NCBI GenBank assembly: GCA_976551045.1
Contig: CDPCPM010000050.1
Span: 11,160,001 to 11,224,000 of the forward strand
Direction of reading: 5' to 3'
DNA from: Glaucostegus cemiculus
Taxonomy: Eukaryota
Length of the DNA stretch: 64,000 nucleotides
Positions 23,995 through 37,924 of the stretch are shown in pieces. Under the pieces are notes generated by a model, which saw only the letters and a program-made list of their open reading frames with translations, had not been told where the DNA came from and ran no database searches. The position numbers and the translations under genes are program-made. Within the stretch, counting starts at the first letter, position 1; each line of letters begins with the position of its first letter.

Positions 23995-25330
23995 TAAGAA
24001 GGAGAAAGAAAGTAAGAAACTGTAGGCTTGTTAGTAAAACATCTGTCATTATGAATCAGAAGGAATCTGTCACGGGAATCCATTATTAAGGAAATGCTAG
24101 CAGGACATTTAGAAAATAATTAATAATGAGCAAGGTGGATAAAGGGAATTCAGTAGATGTAGTGCATTTGAATTTCCAACAGGCGTTTGATAACATGTAA
24201 TAAGTTACTGCACAAAATAGGACTTGAAGTTATTGTGCATACTATGTTAAGATGGGTTGGATAATTAATATTAAACAGAGAGTAGGGATCAATGGCTGAG
24301 TTTCATGTTGGCAAGCTGAATTTGGTAAGTTAGTCAGGTCCTACAGGATCTGTATATTATATATTAATGACTTAGATGAAGGGACCAAGAAGGAGATGGA
24401 AAACTAAGTTGGAGGAGAAAAGAGAGTAGGCAAGCGGATGTAGATAGATGAAGTGAGTGGGCAAAAATTTAGCTTATGGAGTATAATGTGAGGAAGTCTG
24501 AGAGACTACAAAAATGGAGAGTATAAACAGTGGAATTTTAAAGTCCTCTTACAGAAAACCAGAAAGCTAATATGGAGATACAGAAAAAAAAAATGGGGAA
24601 ATGAAATGTTGACCTTTATTGCAAAAGTTTAGAGCATAAAGATTAGAGCAAGTCTTGCTACAGTTGTGCAGAGAATGGATGAGACCACACCTAGAGTGCT
24701 TCATACAGTTTTGATTTCCTGATTTAAAAAAGGATATATTTGCATTTAAAGAGTGTAAAGAGAAAGATCCCTAATTTGGTTCCTGGGATGAAGGGGTTAT
24801 TGTATGAGGAAATATTGAGTACATTGGATTTGCACCCATTGAACTTTAGAGGAACATCAGATGATTTTATTGAAACATATCAGGTTCTGAAGCTTGACAT
24901 GATAGATCCTGGAAGAATATTTCCCATCATGAGGATATCTGTAACTAAATTTTCTAAATTTTTCTAAATTTTATTTACAGCGTGGTAACAGGCCCTTTCG
25001 GCCCAACGAGTCCACGCCACCCATTTTAAACACCCCAGATTAACCTACTCGTACATCTTTAGAAAAGTTTCAGAAAAAGGGAATATCCCTATAAGGCTTT
25101 GTGAATCCTTGGAATTTTCTACACCAGACAACTGTGAAGGCTGAATTATTGAATCTATTCAAGGATTAGGGTTAGGCCAAGAAAGATGGATTTTTGATCT
25201 ACAGAGGAGACAAGGGTGAAAGGAAATAGGAAAGTAGAGTTGAGGCCAAGGTTAGATCAGCCATAATAATGGAATAACTTTGAGGGGCCAGATGGCCAAC
25301 TACAGCTTCTATTTCTTATATTTTTATAAG
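23995..25330 (+). mobile_element. Decayed CR1 LINE (RT to 3' UTR)
   Basis: 'gtagatgtagtgcatttgaatttccaacaggcgtttgataa' (DVVHLNFQQAFD), 'gagaccacacctagagtg' (RPHLE), 3' tail at ~25280-25330. Confidence 0.88.
24945..25064 (-). mobile_element. 5'-truncated young V-SINE 3' end inserted in CR1
   Basis: 'tttacagcgtggtaacaggccctttcggcccaacgagtccacgccacccattttaaac' nearly matches 49690-49780. Confidence 0.88.
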
Positions 25331-26874
25331 TCTTGTATGATGAACTGCTCTATACCTTCTCTCACATGGTTGCTATGGCTGCTTGTGATGTTTCTGATGC
25401 CTATGGTCCACCAACATGAGATTGAGGTATTAAAATTTCTATCACAAGCCAGTTTGGAGTGCGGAAAAGTTATTGAACATGTAAAGAAAGCCCAGTCTTA
25501 AGTGTGAGCAGTGAGTAGAGTAAGCTGTGAGACTACTGAGTGCTGTGGAGCAACCCGGCAAAGTACACAGGTTGAGTGAAGGACTTTTAATTGGCACAAT
25601 TTCAGACCAACCATAGTTAGTAAACAAAAGCTATTATTTTCCACTCCAGCGAGGGTAACAAAAAAAGCATTAGGGATGAATACTCTACATTGTACCATTG
25701 CTGATGTCATTTGGGGGATTATAATGCCAGAACAATATTTCTACTGCTAACAAAATTCCTGGCAGAAAGTCAGGTGAAGACTTTCTCCTTGGCCTTGTAA
25801 TTTTGATCCAAGACCAGTTAAACCCATTTTCAACCACAGAGCATTGTTTATTTTATCAATGTTGTGAACAGGAATTTCTCAGTCCATGCCTCTTCCCACA
25901 GATTTTGGAGTTTGCTTATGAAATAGTGTACCAAGTATTAACATCTTAAAGAAATGAAAAGTTAACCTTGTCATGTACACACTGAATAGTTCACCCAACA
26001 ACTAGTGGAAGCAGTTCACTGAACATCCCTTACGTGATAATGAATTTTGGATGTTTGCATTGTCCTTATTCCATCTCACTTAAAAGCCACTGACAAACTT
26101 AATTTCTAAATGATCTTATGACATTTATTGTAGCACACACTTCGCATATAGAGAAAAGAGAAATGATACCATAACCGTGGATGAAGATCATATACATTTA
26201 ACATCAGTGAAACACTTCAGGTCTGTAAATGCAACCACATGTTTCACAGTTTTGTTTTTCTTTTTTTTTCCTAAAAAGAATTATTAAATCATACTTCATA
26301 ACACATGTTGCTTTTATATTCTTTCAAGGAAACATATGACCTTCTTCCAACTGGGCAAAGCTGCAATCAAAACATAGACTATGAACATGGAAACCAGTGG
26401 CCTTAAAACATTAAATACCTTGAAGCCTCAACCATGAGGTTGCATTAGAAATTTGAAGACTGTAAACCTTTTCAAGTACGCCAGTAGAAAAGGTCACAAT
26501 GAGGAGTTAAAGCAACTGCTCATGCGGACTTAGGTAGTAAACCAAGGCTTGATCTGTCATCCCACTGATTTCAAACATCTTAAAACTTGCAGCATACAAT
26601 GTATTAAGTAATATAATTTTCAAATCTAACTTTATGGTAATAGTATTAAAATAGCAAGGGTTAAAATCTGACACCTTACTAATCAGGGTTACTACAAAGT
26701 TAATATTGAAATATTAAACATTTAACATTACAATACCCATTTATCAAAAGCTGTCCAATTTTCTACCTAAAATAATGCTGGCCTGTTATAGTGTTATCTT
26801 TAAAATTTATTTGGGAGCTCTGCCATTTCAATTAAAGTAACACCTATAATTATAGTGAAACCATGAGATTTTCT

Positions 26875-27145
26875 AATGACAGAGAAGGAGGCCATTCAGC
26901 CCATCAAGTCTATGCCAGCTCTCAGAGCACTCCCTCCAATCCCATTCCACCACTCTCTCTCATATCCATCAACACCACCCTGATTCTCCCCTCACCTGCC
27001 TACAATAGGGTCAATTACTGTGGCCAATTAACCTACCAGCACATCTTTGGGATGTGGGAGGTAACCGCAGGGTCACAGGGAGAACATGCAATCTCCACAC
27101 AGATGACACCAGATATCAGGATCGAAACCCAATTGCTGGAGTCAT
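26875..27145 (-). mobile_element. Older V-SINE (HE1-like)
   Basis: 'ggccaattaacctaccagcacatctttgggatgtgggagg...ggtcacaggggagaacatgcaatctccacacag'. Confidence 0.8.
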
Positions 27146-27519
27146 TAGGCATAAGTCTGTCACTTAAAGTAGGATATTTGCACGGACCCCTGCTTCAAAG
27201 GGCACACTGCTTGCCATTTTGCTGGTTTTGGAATACTACAGAAAGCCTAGAAACTTGGCCTCAGTTTCTATCCATACCTTCAGGTGTTACCTCCTTGGGC
27301 ATTCTTGTTGTTGAGGTATTATTTCTACGTAAAAGCCCAAATTAACTGATAGAAAATTCCCATCTTGTTTGATAAACAAACCCGAGTTGTTGAATGATGA
27401 AACAGGCTTGAGGGGTGTTAAGTTCTACCCCAGCTTCTATTTCTTGCACACCTCAAGAAATTGATTAATGTAGTTAAGTAAAAAAAATATATTCTAAAAG
27501 TCTACAGTAGTAGGAACAC

Positions 27520-27612
27520 TACTGAATGGAAAGCTTTAATCTGAAACATTGATCTGTTTCCCACAAATGCTGACTGACTGGCTGGGTGTTTACGATATTT
27601 CTGGCATTTTCC
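27520..27612 (+). mobile_element. Penelope-like terminal fragment
   Basis: 'ctgaaacattgatctgtttcccacaaatgctgactgactggctgggtgttt'. Confidence 0.55.
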
Positions 27613-27964
27613 TGATGACTGGGTTGCTGTTTCTTCAAAGTTGTCCCAGGCAGATGTTGAACTAATCAAAGATAAGCAAAGGTAGATTTTATTTTTCTGA
27701 AATATGTGCTTATTAGGCAGATATATGTCCATGGGAACCACAATTTTGCAATTTTCCAATTAAATAGTGATATTTGCAGTGGTCATGTAAACAAACGTGA
27801 AAATACAATGTTGTACTGATACATATTATTGTATTCACTGAGAATATTAAGACTTGATATAACATGTCCACAGATGTAACAGGTCCACAGCATGGACTTT
27901 TGTTCAGAGAGGTGTTATGATTAATAAAGTGTTCTTTAATGTTTGTACTTAGAATTGAATTGTA

Positions 27965-28185
27965 CCCACAGCAACTTCAATCAGCAAGCAGGACAAGAGA
28001 TGCAGACACATTTAGATACCATCATCTCCAAGCTCACATACATACTGAGTTGAACATGTATCACCATTCTTTCAGCATCACTGGATAAAAGAATGTAACT
28101 TCCTACCTCACCACTGTGGGTGTACCTTCACAACTCACCCTGCAGTAGTTTAAGAAACCAGTTCAGCCACACCTCCTCAAGGAGA
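27965..28185 (+). mobile_element. LINE 3' end (same family as 3085-3430)
   Basis: 'ctgtgggtgtaccttcaca...ctgcagtagtttaagaaaccagttcagccacacctcctcaagg'. Confidence 0.6.
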
Positions 28186-29289
28186 CACAACGTTTAGGTA
28201 AATTCAAGAAAATAACGTGTTCCAGTATTGTGAGAGATGATTCCATTTGATATTTGAGTTGAGTGTCTCTGTGTTTTAACTACGCAATTTCTAATTTATG
28301 GCTCATTTATTCTGTGGGCTAGCATAACATTCTTAACAGTATAGTAAACCAAAAAAACTTCAGCCATCTCTCATTTACTGCATTCTCTCAATGCAAACAA
28401 AAGAACCTTAATTGAAATGATCAAGACAAATAATCAAGTCTATAATCAATATAATATAACTAGAATCAAGTCTAGCAGAACCAGCCAGAGCACCTTGAAG
28501 TCTCACACTAGGACAATGTGAATGCAATTTATCAGTTGCAGCAAATCTGGCAGTAATATCACAATGGGGAAGGAGATAAGAAAGCCTGGGGTTCATACTG
28601 AACATGCAGAGATGAGATAATATTATGGAATTCCATAAATAAAAAATTTGCTTAAAAAATTTGTTTTTGTGTAAGTTCATTGCAGTCTGCCAAAAAACAT
28701 TATGCCTGATTCATACGTTCTAGAAGCAGGTCAGGGAATGACACAGTGTAAAAGAGCAAAGGTCAGCTTGATTTCAAAAACATGGGTTGCCTGCAGCCTT
28801 GAAACTGAACTTTTAAAAACTGAGCACACAACTGAGCCTGAATCTTTAGGACACATTGCAGCAGGGGGTCCTTACGCTCAGCAATCAAATGAATCCAAAA
28901 GAAAACTGCAGTTTGGAAGACAGCTATTTGCTCATTGGTATGCTGGCTGCCTGCCAGCTACCTTAGAACATGAAACAATGTGACAAGAAGTTCAGGGCCG
29001 AGCTGAAAGGATAAATGGTACAAGGCCTTGGCAAGTCAGTCAGAAATGAATGCTCCAGCAGGCAAATGTTTATATTTAACTTAGCCCACATTTTCATTGT
29101 GGGGGTGGCGGTGTTGGTGGTGGAGTGATGGTGGAGTGAAAATTAGAGTTGTAAAGTGAAAGGGCAAAAGTTATGGTTTATGGTTTGTTGGAAATATTCA
29201 CAAATGAGAATAAGAGCAAAAATTTACATTACTGAATATTTTTTTTGTAATGTGCATCTTTGGTTAAAACATTGTGGGATATTTTCTTA

Positions 29290-29590
29290 TGACATAGAAG
29301 GAAGCTACACAAACCATCAAATCTATGCTGGGTCTCAGAGCAATCCTATCAAACCCATCCCTCAATTTATTTCCCTGTAACAAGCTCATCAACTCCACCC
29401 TGATTCCCCTACACTCGGGGTAACTTAAAGTGGTCAATTAACCTACCAATTATGGGATATTTGGGATATGTGAGGAAACCAAAGTACCAATGGAAAACCC
29501 AAATGTTCACAGGGAGAATGTGCAAACTCCACACAGACTGCACCTGCAGTCAGGAGTGGATCCAGGTCACTGGAGCTGTGAACCATCAGC
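29290..29590 (-). mobile_element. Older V-SINE (HE1-like)
   Basis: 'aattaacctacc...ggatatgtgaggaaaccaaagtacc...cagggagaatgtgcaaactccacacagac'. Confidence 0.8.
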
Positions 29591-30444
29591 CATCAGCATG
29601 TGTACTTGCTTTCTCAATGGCGAAGAAAGTCAGAGGACCTGATTTTCAGAAGCAGAGCACAAGGGGTTATTGCTGCTACATTTAGCAAAAGCAACAGATG
29701 AGAAATTTCTTCCCCAATACACCTTGTTAGTTGTTGTTAAATATTATTTAATCTACATCAGTGTCCCAGAAATCCATTTTCCATCAGCTCTGATCATTTA
29801 TAGGCTGTGCAGTTTCCTTTTCAAGAAATTCTACTATTATTCTTCCACCTCATTGAAAAGATAGCGTATTTCTTTATTTTCCTGAGTACAGCTCTATGTG
29901 CTTGATACTGATGCTTTATTTTGAATGGTATATGTTCACTAAGATTTAAAACAATTTATCCTACAATGTATTTGTGTAGCTTCATGATATTTTATTGATG
30001 AGAATGAAATACAGGCAATTTTTAAAATGGTTTTGCCATTACTTGAAAGTCTCCCAACATTGTAAATATGATTCATGTGACTACATTCCTTTTTGTTCTT
30101 GATTGACCAGGCCATAAACCTTATATCATTTTCATTCTGAGTTTAGGTCAAGAACTCTACCCTCATTCTTCATAGAGTTAACAGCTGAACAGTCTGCCAT
30201 TACAGGTTGTTGTAATCAGCTTTTCAGACGAGACATGTTCAGTTTTACCTTTTTGCTATAATCAGAAACTTTCAGAACTGAACACCATTTTATTCTGAGG
30301 AGAGAAAACAAAACAGATTCATCCTCCCCTAGAGGGGATTTGTTCAACTTTAAGAGGATTGTAAATATCTGGAAGGCTGCTTTGGTTGTGGGAAGGAAAG
30401 AGAAGAACACTTTGCATTGATTGAGTGCATTATTGTGACCAATA

Positions 30445-30620
30445 TAAAAAATTATTATCTTGTTGTTTTCATCTTATGGCTAATTATGGGGCCTTGCAGT
30501 GCTGAAATTAAGTCTCCTGGCCTGTCATTATAAAGTGTTAAAATTAAAGAGTAATATATTAACTGTGAAGCACCTGGAGACATCCAGCGGAGGTGAAAGG
30601 TGCTATTCAGATGCATTTTT
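30445..30620 (+). mobile_element. Deu-domain SINE 3' fragment
   Basis: 'ctgtgaagcacctggagacatcc...gtgaaaggtgctattcagatgca' is an L2-like tail shared with the SINE at 45385. Confidence 0.5.
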
Positions 30621-32139
30621 TTCATTTCTTATTATAATTTCTATATAAATAAAGAAATTGACAATAAGCATTACAATTTACTTGTGTTATTAGACAGTGC
30701 TCACTATAGCATCATTAATATCTCACCATGATCTGATAGAATCTTTATGAATCATTTGGTATATGGCAGAACAGCTAGTCAAAATAATTGTCTTCTAAGC
30801 ACTACAGAAGATCGAACTGGATTGTATGTTTGCTTCAAGGGGTTAAATAAAGGAAAAATTAAGTATGAATTCAGGATTGAATTCTTTGTAAAGTTCCACT
30901 TCATATCTGGAGCAACTTAAAAGTCAGATTTCTGAGCAAATTACCCTGGATTTATAATAACATGGTTGCTTTTGATATAGAGCCCAGAGCTGGTGCTTTT
31001 AGTAATTAGCTGAATATAATACACGGGAGTATTGCACAAAGCAGTTGTACACAGGAAGCCTTTAACAGACTCAATTTTCAGTGTAGTCATTAATTAGAAC
31101 ATTCCAAGGCTGAAGAAACAGTTTAATGCATTCTTTTAATGAAAATAAATGTTAATATTTTTCTTCCAAATGATATAATCATTTCTATTAGAAAAACAAT
31201 ACATTTTAAAATATTCAGTGATCCAATGAAAATTATAAACTATTATTGAAATCATACTTGAATGCCAGCACAATGATTAAAAGTTATAGGATGTATTTGA
31301 TGACCCTAGGGCAATGGGAGGGTCACTGCTTCATATCTGATTCAATTACATGAGATGAAAGAAGTAGCTGTCAAAACACATTAATGATTTTCAACTTTAA
31401 AAGTAAATATTAATCATGGAACAGATGAGCCTGCTTAGTCAAAGAAGCCAAATTGCAAGCTGCATTGCCTTTTGACCTCATAATAAACACTTTGCACGCA
31501 GATTTAAGCTCCAGAAAATGAACACAACATCCACTGAGGGCCAACACCAACTCTTGTGTAATTAAGGGTTGATGATTTAGGGGGAGGAACTAAATAAAAT
31601 AAATTCTAATAATTTTAAATGGTCATAAAAACAGAATTGAAATTCAAGATCTGTTAATGTACTTTGGGTGTGAAGGAGCAAGTAAATAAAATTAAATGAA
31701 GCTTAAAATTTGTTTTGTGCAAGATATTCATTGAAATTATTTAATTGCCTAGTACAATCTCTTTCCAACCATTTTATAATGTGTATAGCTTGGAAACTGC
31801 ACAATAGCCATTCAGCAACTGTGTCAATGAAGTTGTTGCACCTGATGTTTGTTGAAGCTTTTGTGATCAGCTTAACATCAATAAAACTGAGAGGCAGAGA
31901 GTAAAAGACAGGAGGTGGTTTAATTTTTTTAATTTATAGCCAGTGCAGGATGTTTTTCTGATCCCACCCTTGATGGACCTTCCAAATACTTCAAGCACTG
32001 CTTAAAGTATAATGAGAAATAACTGAAGAAGTAAGAGGTAAATCATTGGATGGCCTTGGAGGTCATAGTAACAACAAAGGCCATATTTCTCCACAGAAAT
32101 GCCAGCAATTATAGCCTGAACCATGCAGGTGTTTGGGAA

Positions 32140-32252
32140 GTAAAATCAAAACTTCCAGGTGCTAGAAATCTGAAATAAAAACAGAAAGTGCTGGAAATAC
32201 TCAGCAGGTCAGGCAGTATCTGTGGAAAAAGAAACCGAGTTAACATTTCAGA
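32140..32252 (-). mobile_element. Penelope-like terminal fragment
   Basis: 'gctggaaatactcagcaggtcaggcagtatctgtggaaaaagaaaccgagttaacatttcag'. Confidence 0.75.
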
Positions 32253-32484
32253 TAGAAATTTGGGCTTCCTGCACGACACCAGTGATCCTGCAGCATTTTG
32301 CTGGGATCTTCCCAATTACACTTCAACATTGAATTCCTCATGGAGTCCAGTGGAGGAGCATGAATATCCAGAACTAAGAAATCTGTTCACTGGCCCAGCC
32401 AGCCAAGTCCCTTGCATGGTGAGGAATGGCTGAAATTACTTTATTTTTAATTGATTTTAATTGAATGCCTGCAGCTATTTTTTA

Positions 32485-32750
32485 AGTCATAGAGTTATAC
32501 AGCATGGAAACAGGCCTTCCAGCCCAACTGGTCCATACCGACCACGATTCACATTTGCCCACATTTGGCCCATATCCCTCTAAACTTTTCCTATCCATGT
32601 ACCTGTCCAAGTACCTTTAGAATGTTATTGGTGCACCTGCCTCAACCACTTCCTCTGAGAGCTCATTCCATATACTGATCATGCTCTGGGTGAAAAAGTT
32701 GCCCCTCAGGTTCCTATTAAATTTCTCCCCTTGCATCTTAAATTTATTCT
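32485..32750 (-). mobile_element. CR1 LINE 3' end
   Basis: 'gtcatagagttatacagcatggaaacaggcc...gcacctgcctcaaccacttcctctg...gtgaaaaagttgcccctcagg'. Confidence 0.9.
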
Positions 32751-33339
32751 GGAGGCTTTTGTTTAATTTTAAATAAAGTTAATAGTCTATTTAACATTTA
32801 ATAGTTTTAATCTCATTGTCAACTAAAAAGCCTGTTGGTGTAACTCCACTGGCTGTCAAGGCAATTTTGAGTGTATGGGGACATGGCTTGCTACGCAATT
32901 GGAAAGACCCAGTGCTGAGAGATACTGATGTCCAAAAGTCCATGCTCACGGTTCTGCTCCAAGTAAGAACAGATTAAATCACTTCAAGCATCTCACCGGT
33001 CTACAGACAATTGTGGCTTTAATGTATAACATTATGGCAGAAAGGGTGAGAGAGCAAAGACCAAAGTAATAAATGGGAAACACAAATCATGAGAGAACAA
33101 GGATTGAGATAAGGAATGTAACAAAAGGTACATATTGACAGTTATAGAAGTAGAGAAAACATGCACAATGTTTCAAGGGAAAATGAAGAGTTTATGAAAA
33201 ATATATTCCACTATAAGTTAATAACAATTGAGGCAAAAGTGAGACATAGACAATCAGAGGTGCAAGAAGTTGGATGCTAAGAAAATGTCTTCTGCAAAGC
33301 CCATTATTAGAAAGAAGTGGATGTCAAAAAGGAATATGA

Positions 33340-34020
33340 TGAGTTTAGGAAAGCTAAAATGAAAATCAGGAGTGCAGACAAAATGTGAAATTAAAACATA
33401 AATCATAAAGTATCCTGCAGAGTCATGGGTAACAAAGGAACATTAAGATTGTGGCAGAGTCGCTAAGGAATGACAAAGTTAATCACGGTCTGGTTCTGAA
33501 GGAGCCAAAAAATTGAATATTCTCTTGGGTCTTTGTATAACCAAGAAAGCCAACAAAGTGGAAATGACAATGGTAGAGGAAGTTAACAAGGATATTGCAG
33601 TGTGTTGAAAAGCTAGAACTGTGATCACAATGTGTGATTGTGGCACACCATTACATTGTTGAGTGTGAGACCACACTTGAAGAGTTGCTACAATTATGGT
33701 CTCATTAATGGATGAATATGCAAGCAGTTCAGTAAATTGTCTCAGAGGTTGATTCCTGGGAAGGTTGTAACAGGTTGGGTCTGAACACATGGAAGTTCAC
33801 ACAAGTGAGCTGTAATTGTATTGAGACATACAAATGCTGAGATGGCTTGACAGGGTAGATGGATGTTTCCTCTTGTGGAGCAAACTAGCGTTAGATTCAG
33901 TGTCAGAATAAGGTGTATCCCATTTATGTCAATGCTTAGAGGGTTGTGAATCCTTGGAATGCTCTATTCCAGAAGTTGTGGAGGCTACATCATTGAATAT
34001 TTTCAAGGTAGAGATCAACA
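33340..34020 (+). mobile_element. Decayed CR1 fragments
   Basis: 'gtctttgtataaccaagaa' region and 'gagggttgtgaatccttggaatgctctattccagaagttgtggaggct'. Confidence 0.65.
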
Positions 34021-34036
34021 CAAATTACTCACCAGT

Positions 34037-34185
34037 GAGCAACACACAAAATGCTGGAGGAACTCAGCAGGTTAGACAGCATCTAGTAAGGAAAATGGAC
34101 AGTCGATGTTTCAGGTCCATTGAGTTCCTCCAGTGTTTTGTGTGTTGCTCCAGATTCCAGCATCTGCAGTCTCCTGTGTCTCCAT
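34037..34185. mobile_element. Two Penelope termini joined as an inverted repeat
   Basis: 34037-34066 and 34121-34150 are reverse complements at 28/30. Confidence 0.85.
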
Positions 34186-35504
34186 TTTATTCAATAGTGA
34201 GTCTTCTGACTCATTCTTGTGGCTGGACACAAGAATTTGTCTTTTTAAGTATCTTGTGGTTGAAGGAAATGATGCAGTCATCAGAGTTTCATGACCTATT
34301 ATACCTATACATTATAATTAAATTCGAGTCTTTTGCTTCCACACAACATCCCTCCGTATGGAGAAGCCTTCTGTGAGTGGACCGTTGTGAATACTAACAT
34401 CTAATCACTCAATTCCTTATATATTGGATTAAATATGATTTTGGACCCTTTGAAATAGAGCAATTGAAGTAAGAATCAAGGCCCAATACAGTTGTTAAAT
34501 TCATGACGAAGAACTTAACATATTTCTAGATTCCCCTAAATTTGTTTAACAAAACTATGTATTTGGTAAGTTCCAGACTGGTTTTTACCATAAAATAGTG
34601 GCTAACTGTACCACATAATAGGGCTGGGTGGCTGTTCTGCAGGAACAGTTTAATATTTAATTATGAAACAATAGAGCCAAATGCTTTATGAATATATGAG
34701 CTGTGATAACAGAATGAGAGCAAGGGAGAAGCATATACTTGCTAAAGTTAAACCATGTATTTCCTTCTCTGGCTACCTGTGGTTATTGACTGTCCACAAG
34801 GCTATAATATTCATCCTGCAGTAACCAGACACATTCCTTTTGTCTGGTTTCCATATCTAGAGCCAGGCTCTTTGAAAGCATACCTATCACATCAAAGCTG
34901 TTGAAAAAAATAACAGCAAGACCACTTCAGCTAATTTAACAACAAAAAGTTTGCAATTGGAAAGCCAGCAGCTGTATGTCTGAAGGGCTTACTTGTTTGC
35001 ACATGACATTCCATAATGACACAAGGTTAGCTGGATCCAACAGCAGAGTCACAAATGGAAGAGCTTTAATGTTTGTAGTTTAACACTTGAAATGTAACCC
35101 CTTTTGTGAATATATAATTCCATTAAAATTGCCTTTCCACGGGAAACCAAATTCAATGGAAACCAAATGGTAAGTGTAATCACACTGTAATTAATGAAAT
35201 TGTATTTGACCATCTGAAATATAATTCAGAATTATAACTTCGTAACATCTTAAAATTGTAACAAACATCTAACACAGGTACCAAGCAAGGAAAGAGAGAG
35301 CAAGTTCTGTTGGCTCAGGTCAGGAGAGAAAGGGGAGTGTGAAACTTAGTGTTATTCTAAGCAGGTGTTGCTATTACCTTCAAATTAAGAACCCTCAAGC
35401 ATGATTATACACAAATTTCCTGCACAATACTGAAAGATGACAGTGTAAAAAACCTAATTGGAGATTTTGAAATTGAGATTTTGTTCACCAGATTGATTTC
35501 TGTG

Positions 35505-35940
35505 TACTGGGATTGTCCTGTGAGGAGGAATTAGCAGACTGGGCCTTTGTTCTCTTGAGTTTAGAAGAATAAGAGTTGCTCTCATGGAAACATACAAAAT
35601 TCTTTCAGAGTTTGAAAGGGATAATGCTTCCACTGGCTGGGATGTCTACGTTCAAGTGTCATAATCTCAGCATAAGATACCAGCCATTGAGGATGGAGAT
35701 GAGAATAAACTTTCTCGCCCTAAGGGTAGTGAATCTTTGGAAATCTCTACCCAAGTGGTGTGTGGAATTATTGAGTGTATTCAAGAAAGAGATCACGAGA
35801 TTTTTAGACTTTAAGATCAAAGGATATGGGATTATTACAGAAAGTGGTGCGGAAACAAAAGAACAGCAACGATCTTATTGAAAAGCTGAAGAAGCTTGAG
35901 GGGACGAATAGCTTACCACTGATTCTACTTCTTATGTTCT
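35505..35940 (+). mobile_element. CR1 LINE 3' portion
   Basis: MRINFLALRVVNLWKSLP...FKKEITRFLD and a tail ending 'ttcttatgttct'. Confidence 0.88.
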
Positions 35941-37924
35941 ATTGAGATTCTCAGGAATCTTCAGCATATCATTCCAATAAAAAATCAAGCAAACTGTGAA
36001 GCACTTATACTTACAAGTGCTTTTCACTTGAGACCCAGTGAATTAACCAACCAGCTGACAAGCTAAAGTACCAATGATTATGGATCATAGAATTAAGTTG
36101 GTAGGTGTACAATATGAATGGTATGTACCGGCATTCTTTCAGTTTGAAAATGTTAGTGCATGTTCACAAGAGTAAAGTAGAAACTTAAATATCATAAACA
36201 ATTTTAAAATAAATCCAGATGAAAAGAGGTTTTATTTTAGGGTGGAGAGTTGTTTGGGAATAATTAATCTTGGTATGCTTTTAAAAGTTCACTTCAGCCT
36301 CATACAACAAAGCATGTTCAAGCCATTTTACAGTGAGAATAATACATAAATGCCTGAAATTCTCACCAGCTGATTTCCCTTGATTCTAACAAAGAAAGCA
36401 ACAAAATGGTGTAGTCTGTGGAGGAAGAATCATTGGCATCAATTTCGTTATTTGTATGGTAAGCATGCAAGCACAGAAATCTAAAAGTTGCTGTCAAATT
36501 TATAGTGTATTGACAGCAAAAACTAACAGATTCACCAACTGTACATTCCAGCCTTCTCTATAATAGTCAGGTCTAAAGTGTCAGTATTGTAGTTGTTTCC
36601 ATAACAAATTAAAGACAAGGTGGATTTTGTAAGTCAAAGGCTTAAATATTTGAGAACTTCATTTTGCACAGATAGAATGTGGTGAAATTGTTCACAATAC
36701 TACTTGCAACATTCACATTAGGCTGTTCATGTTTATCGGTGCTTAAAAGTAAGATTTCTAAATGGTGGACCTATCAAAATGGGAAGTGTCAAAGAAACCA
36801 GAATTGGTAAAGCATAGGGATTTGAAATGCTTGGGGAGTTGGAGGGGGTTGGAATTAAAGAGGTGCAAGATACTGAAGGGATTTGAAAGCAAAAGTAAGA
36901 ATTCAAAATCAGAGACATTGTAAGACTGTTAACCAACGTTCGTAAGAAAGAATAGAGATAGTGGGTGAATGAGTAGAAAATTAAGATAATTGTACCAACA
37001 ATGTAGAAGTGCAAACTATGTGCTTAGAAAAAGATCTGACATATGAAAACTTATTTTGGAGACAATTCTGGTTAAGCTCAACTGAATCAAATAAATTGAA
37101 TTTATAAATTTATACATTTATAAATTTAGCTTTTGTTTAAATTGTACAAGTATCACAAACATGTAAAAAATATATTTCCTAAAAAAGATAATTTGCAAAT
37201 TCCTTCAGCAAAGTTAATAATGGAGATTTGCAAAAATCTGAAAATTGTAAGTACAATTGCCAATCAATTTTTTTTAAATAATGTTTTCCAGCTGTCTAAA
37301 GGAGGCAGTGCAATTCTCTACAACAACATCATTACTCAGTCAGATCTGTGTAAAAACCTATTATATTAACCAAGGGCAACCACTTCTATCTGCATGGGCT
37401 ATTAGGGAGGATCAACCTATTACCACAACCGCCATCCCAAATAATTTCAGTAGAAAAGCTACATTGCTACTTTTTTCTCCATCTTTTGTACACATCAGAC
37501 ATGAATGTGTAAATGGCTTAAAAGAATATATACATCACCTGTGTTGCATACTTGGACACACATTGAATATATGTACCTGTATATAAATATTACTGCAGTT
37601 GGTAAAATTGAAAGTAGGCTGAAAAGGCAAATGAAATGTGAAGTGCCTAGAATGCAAAAGAATGTATTTAAGCTACATATAATTCGGTCCACCCCTGTAT
37701 ATATTAGTTTTTAATAGTAAATGTCCTGAGATTTGTTGCAAAGGGAAATTTCCCTTTATTTGAAATAACGTAAGGTAACTACATAAACCTCATTTTACAG
37801 GTTACTTTGTTTGCTGCTTTTATAGATATATGCCCAAATAGCACACATTTGCAGTGGTACCTCTCAATAGACATATGGAAAGTAGTTAATTACGATCACT
37901 GCTCATCTAAAGTGTACTTTGAAC

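Noticed and set aside
17837-24083. Long ORFs containing X runs (17837..18055, 23423..23947, 23568..24083, 23585..24049)
   Set aside because: They are artefacts of reading through N gaps.
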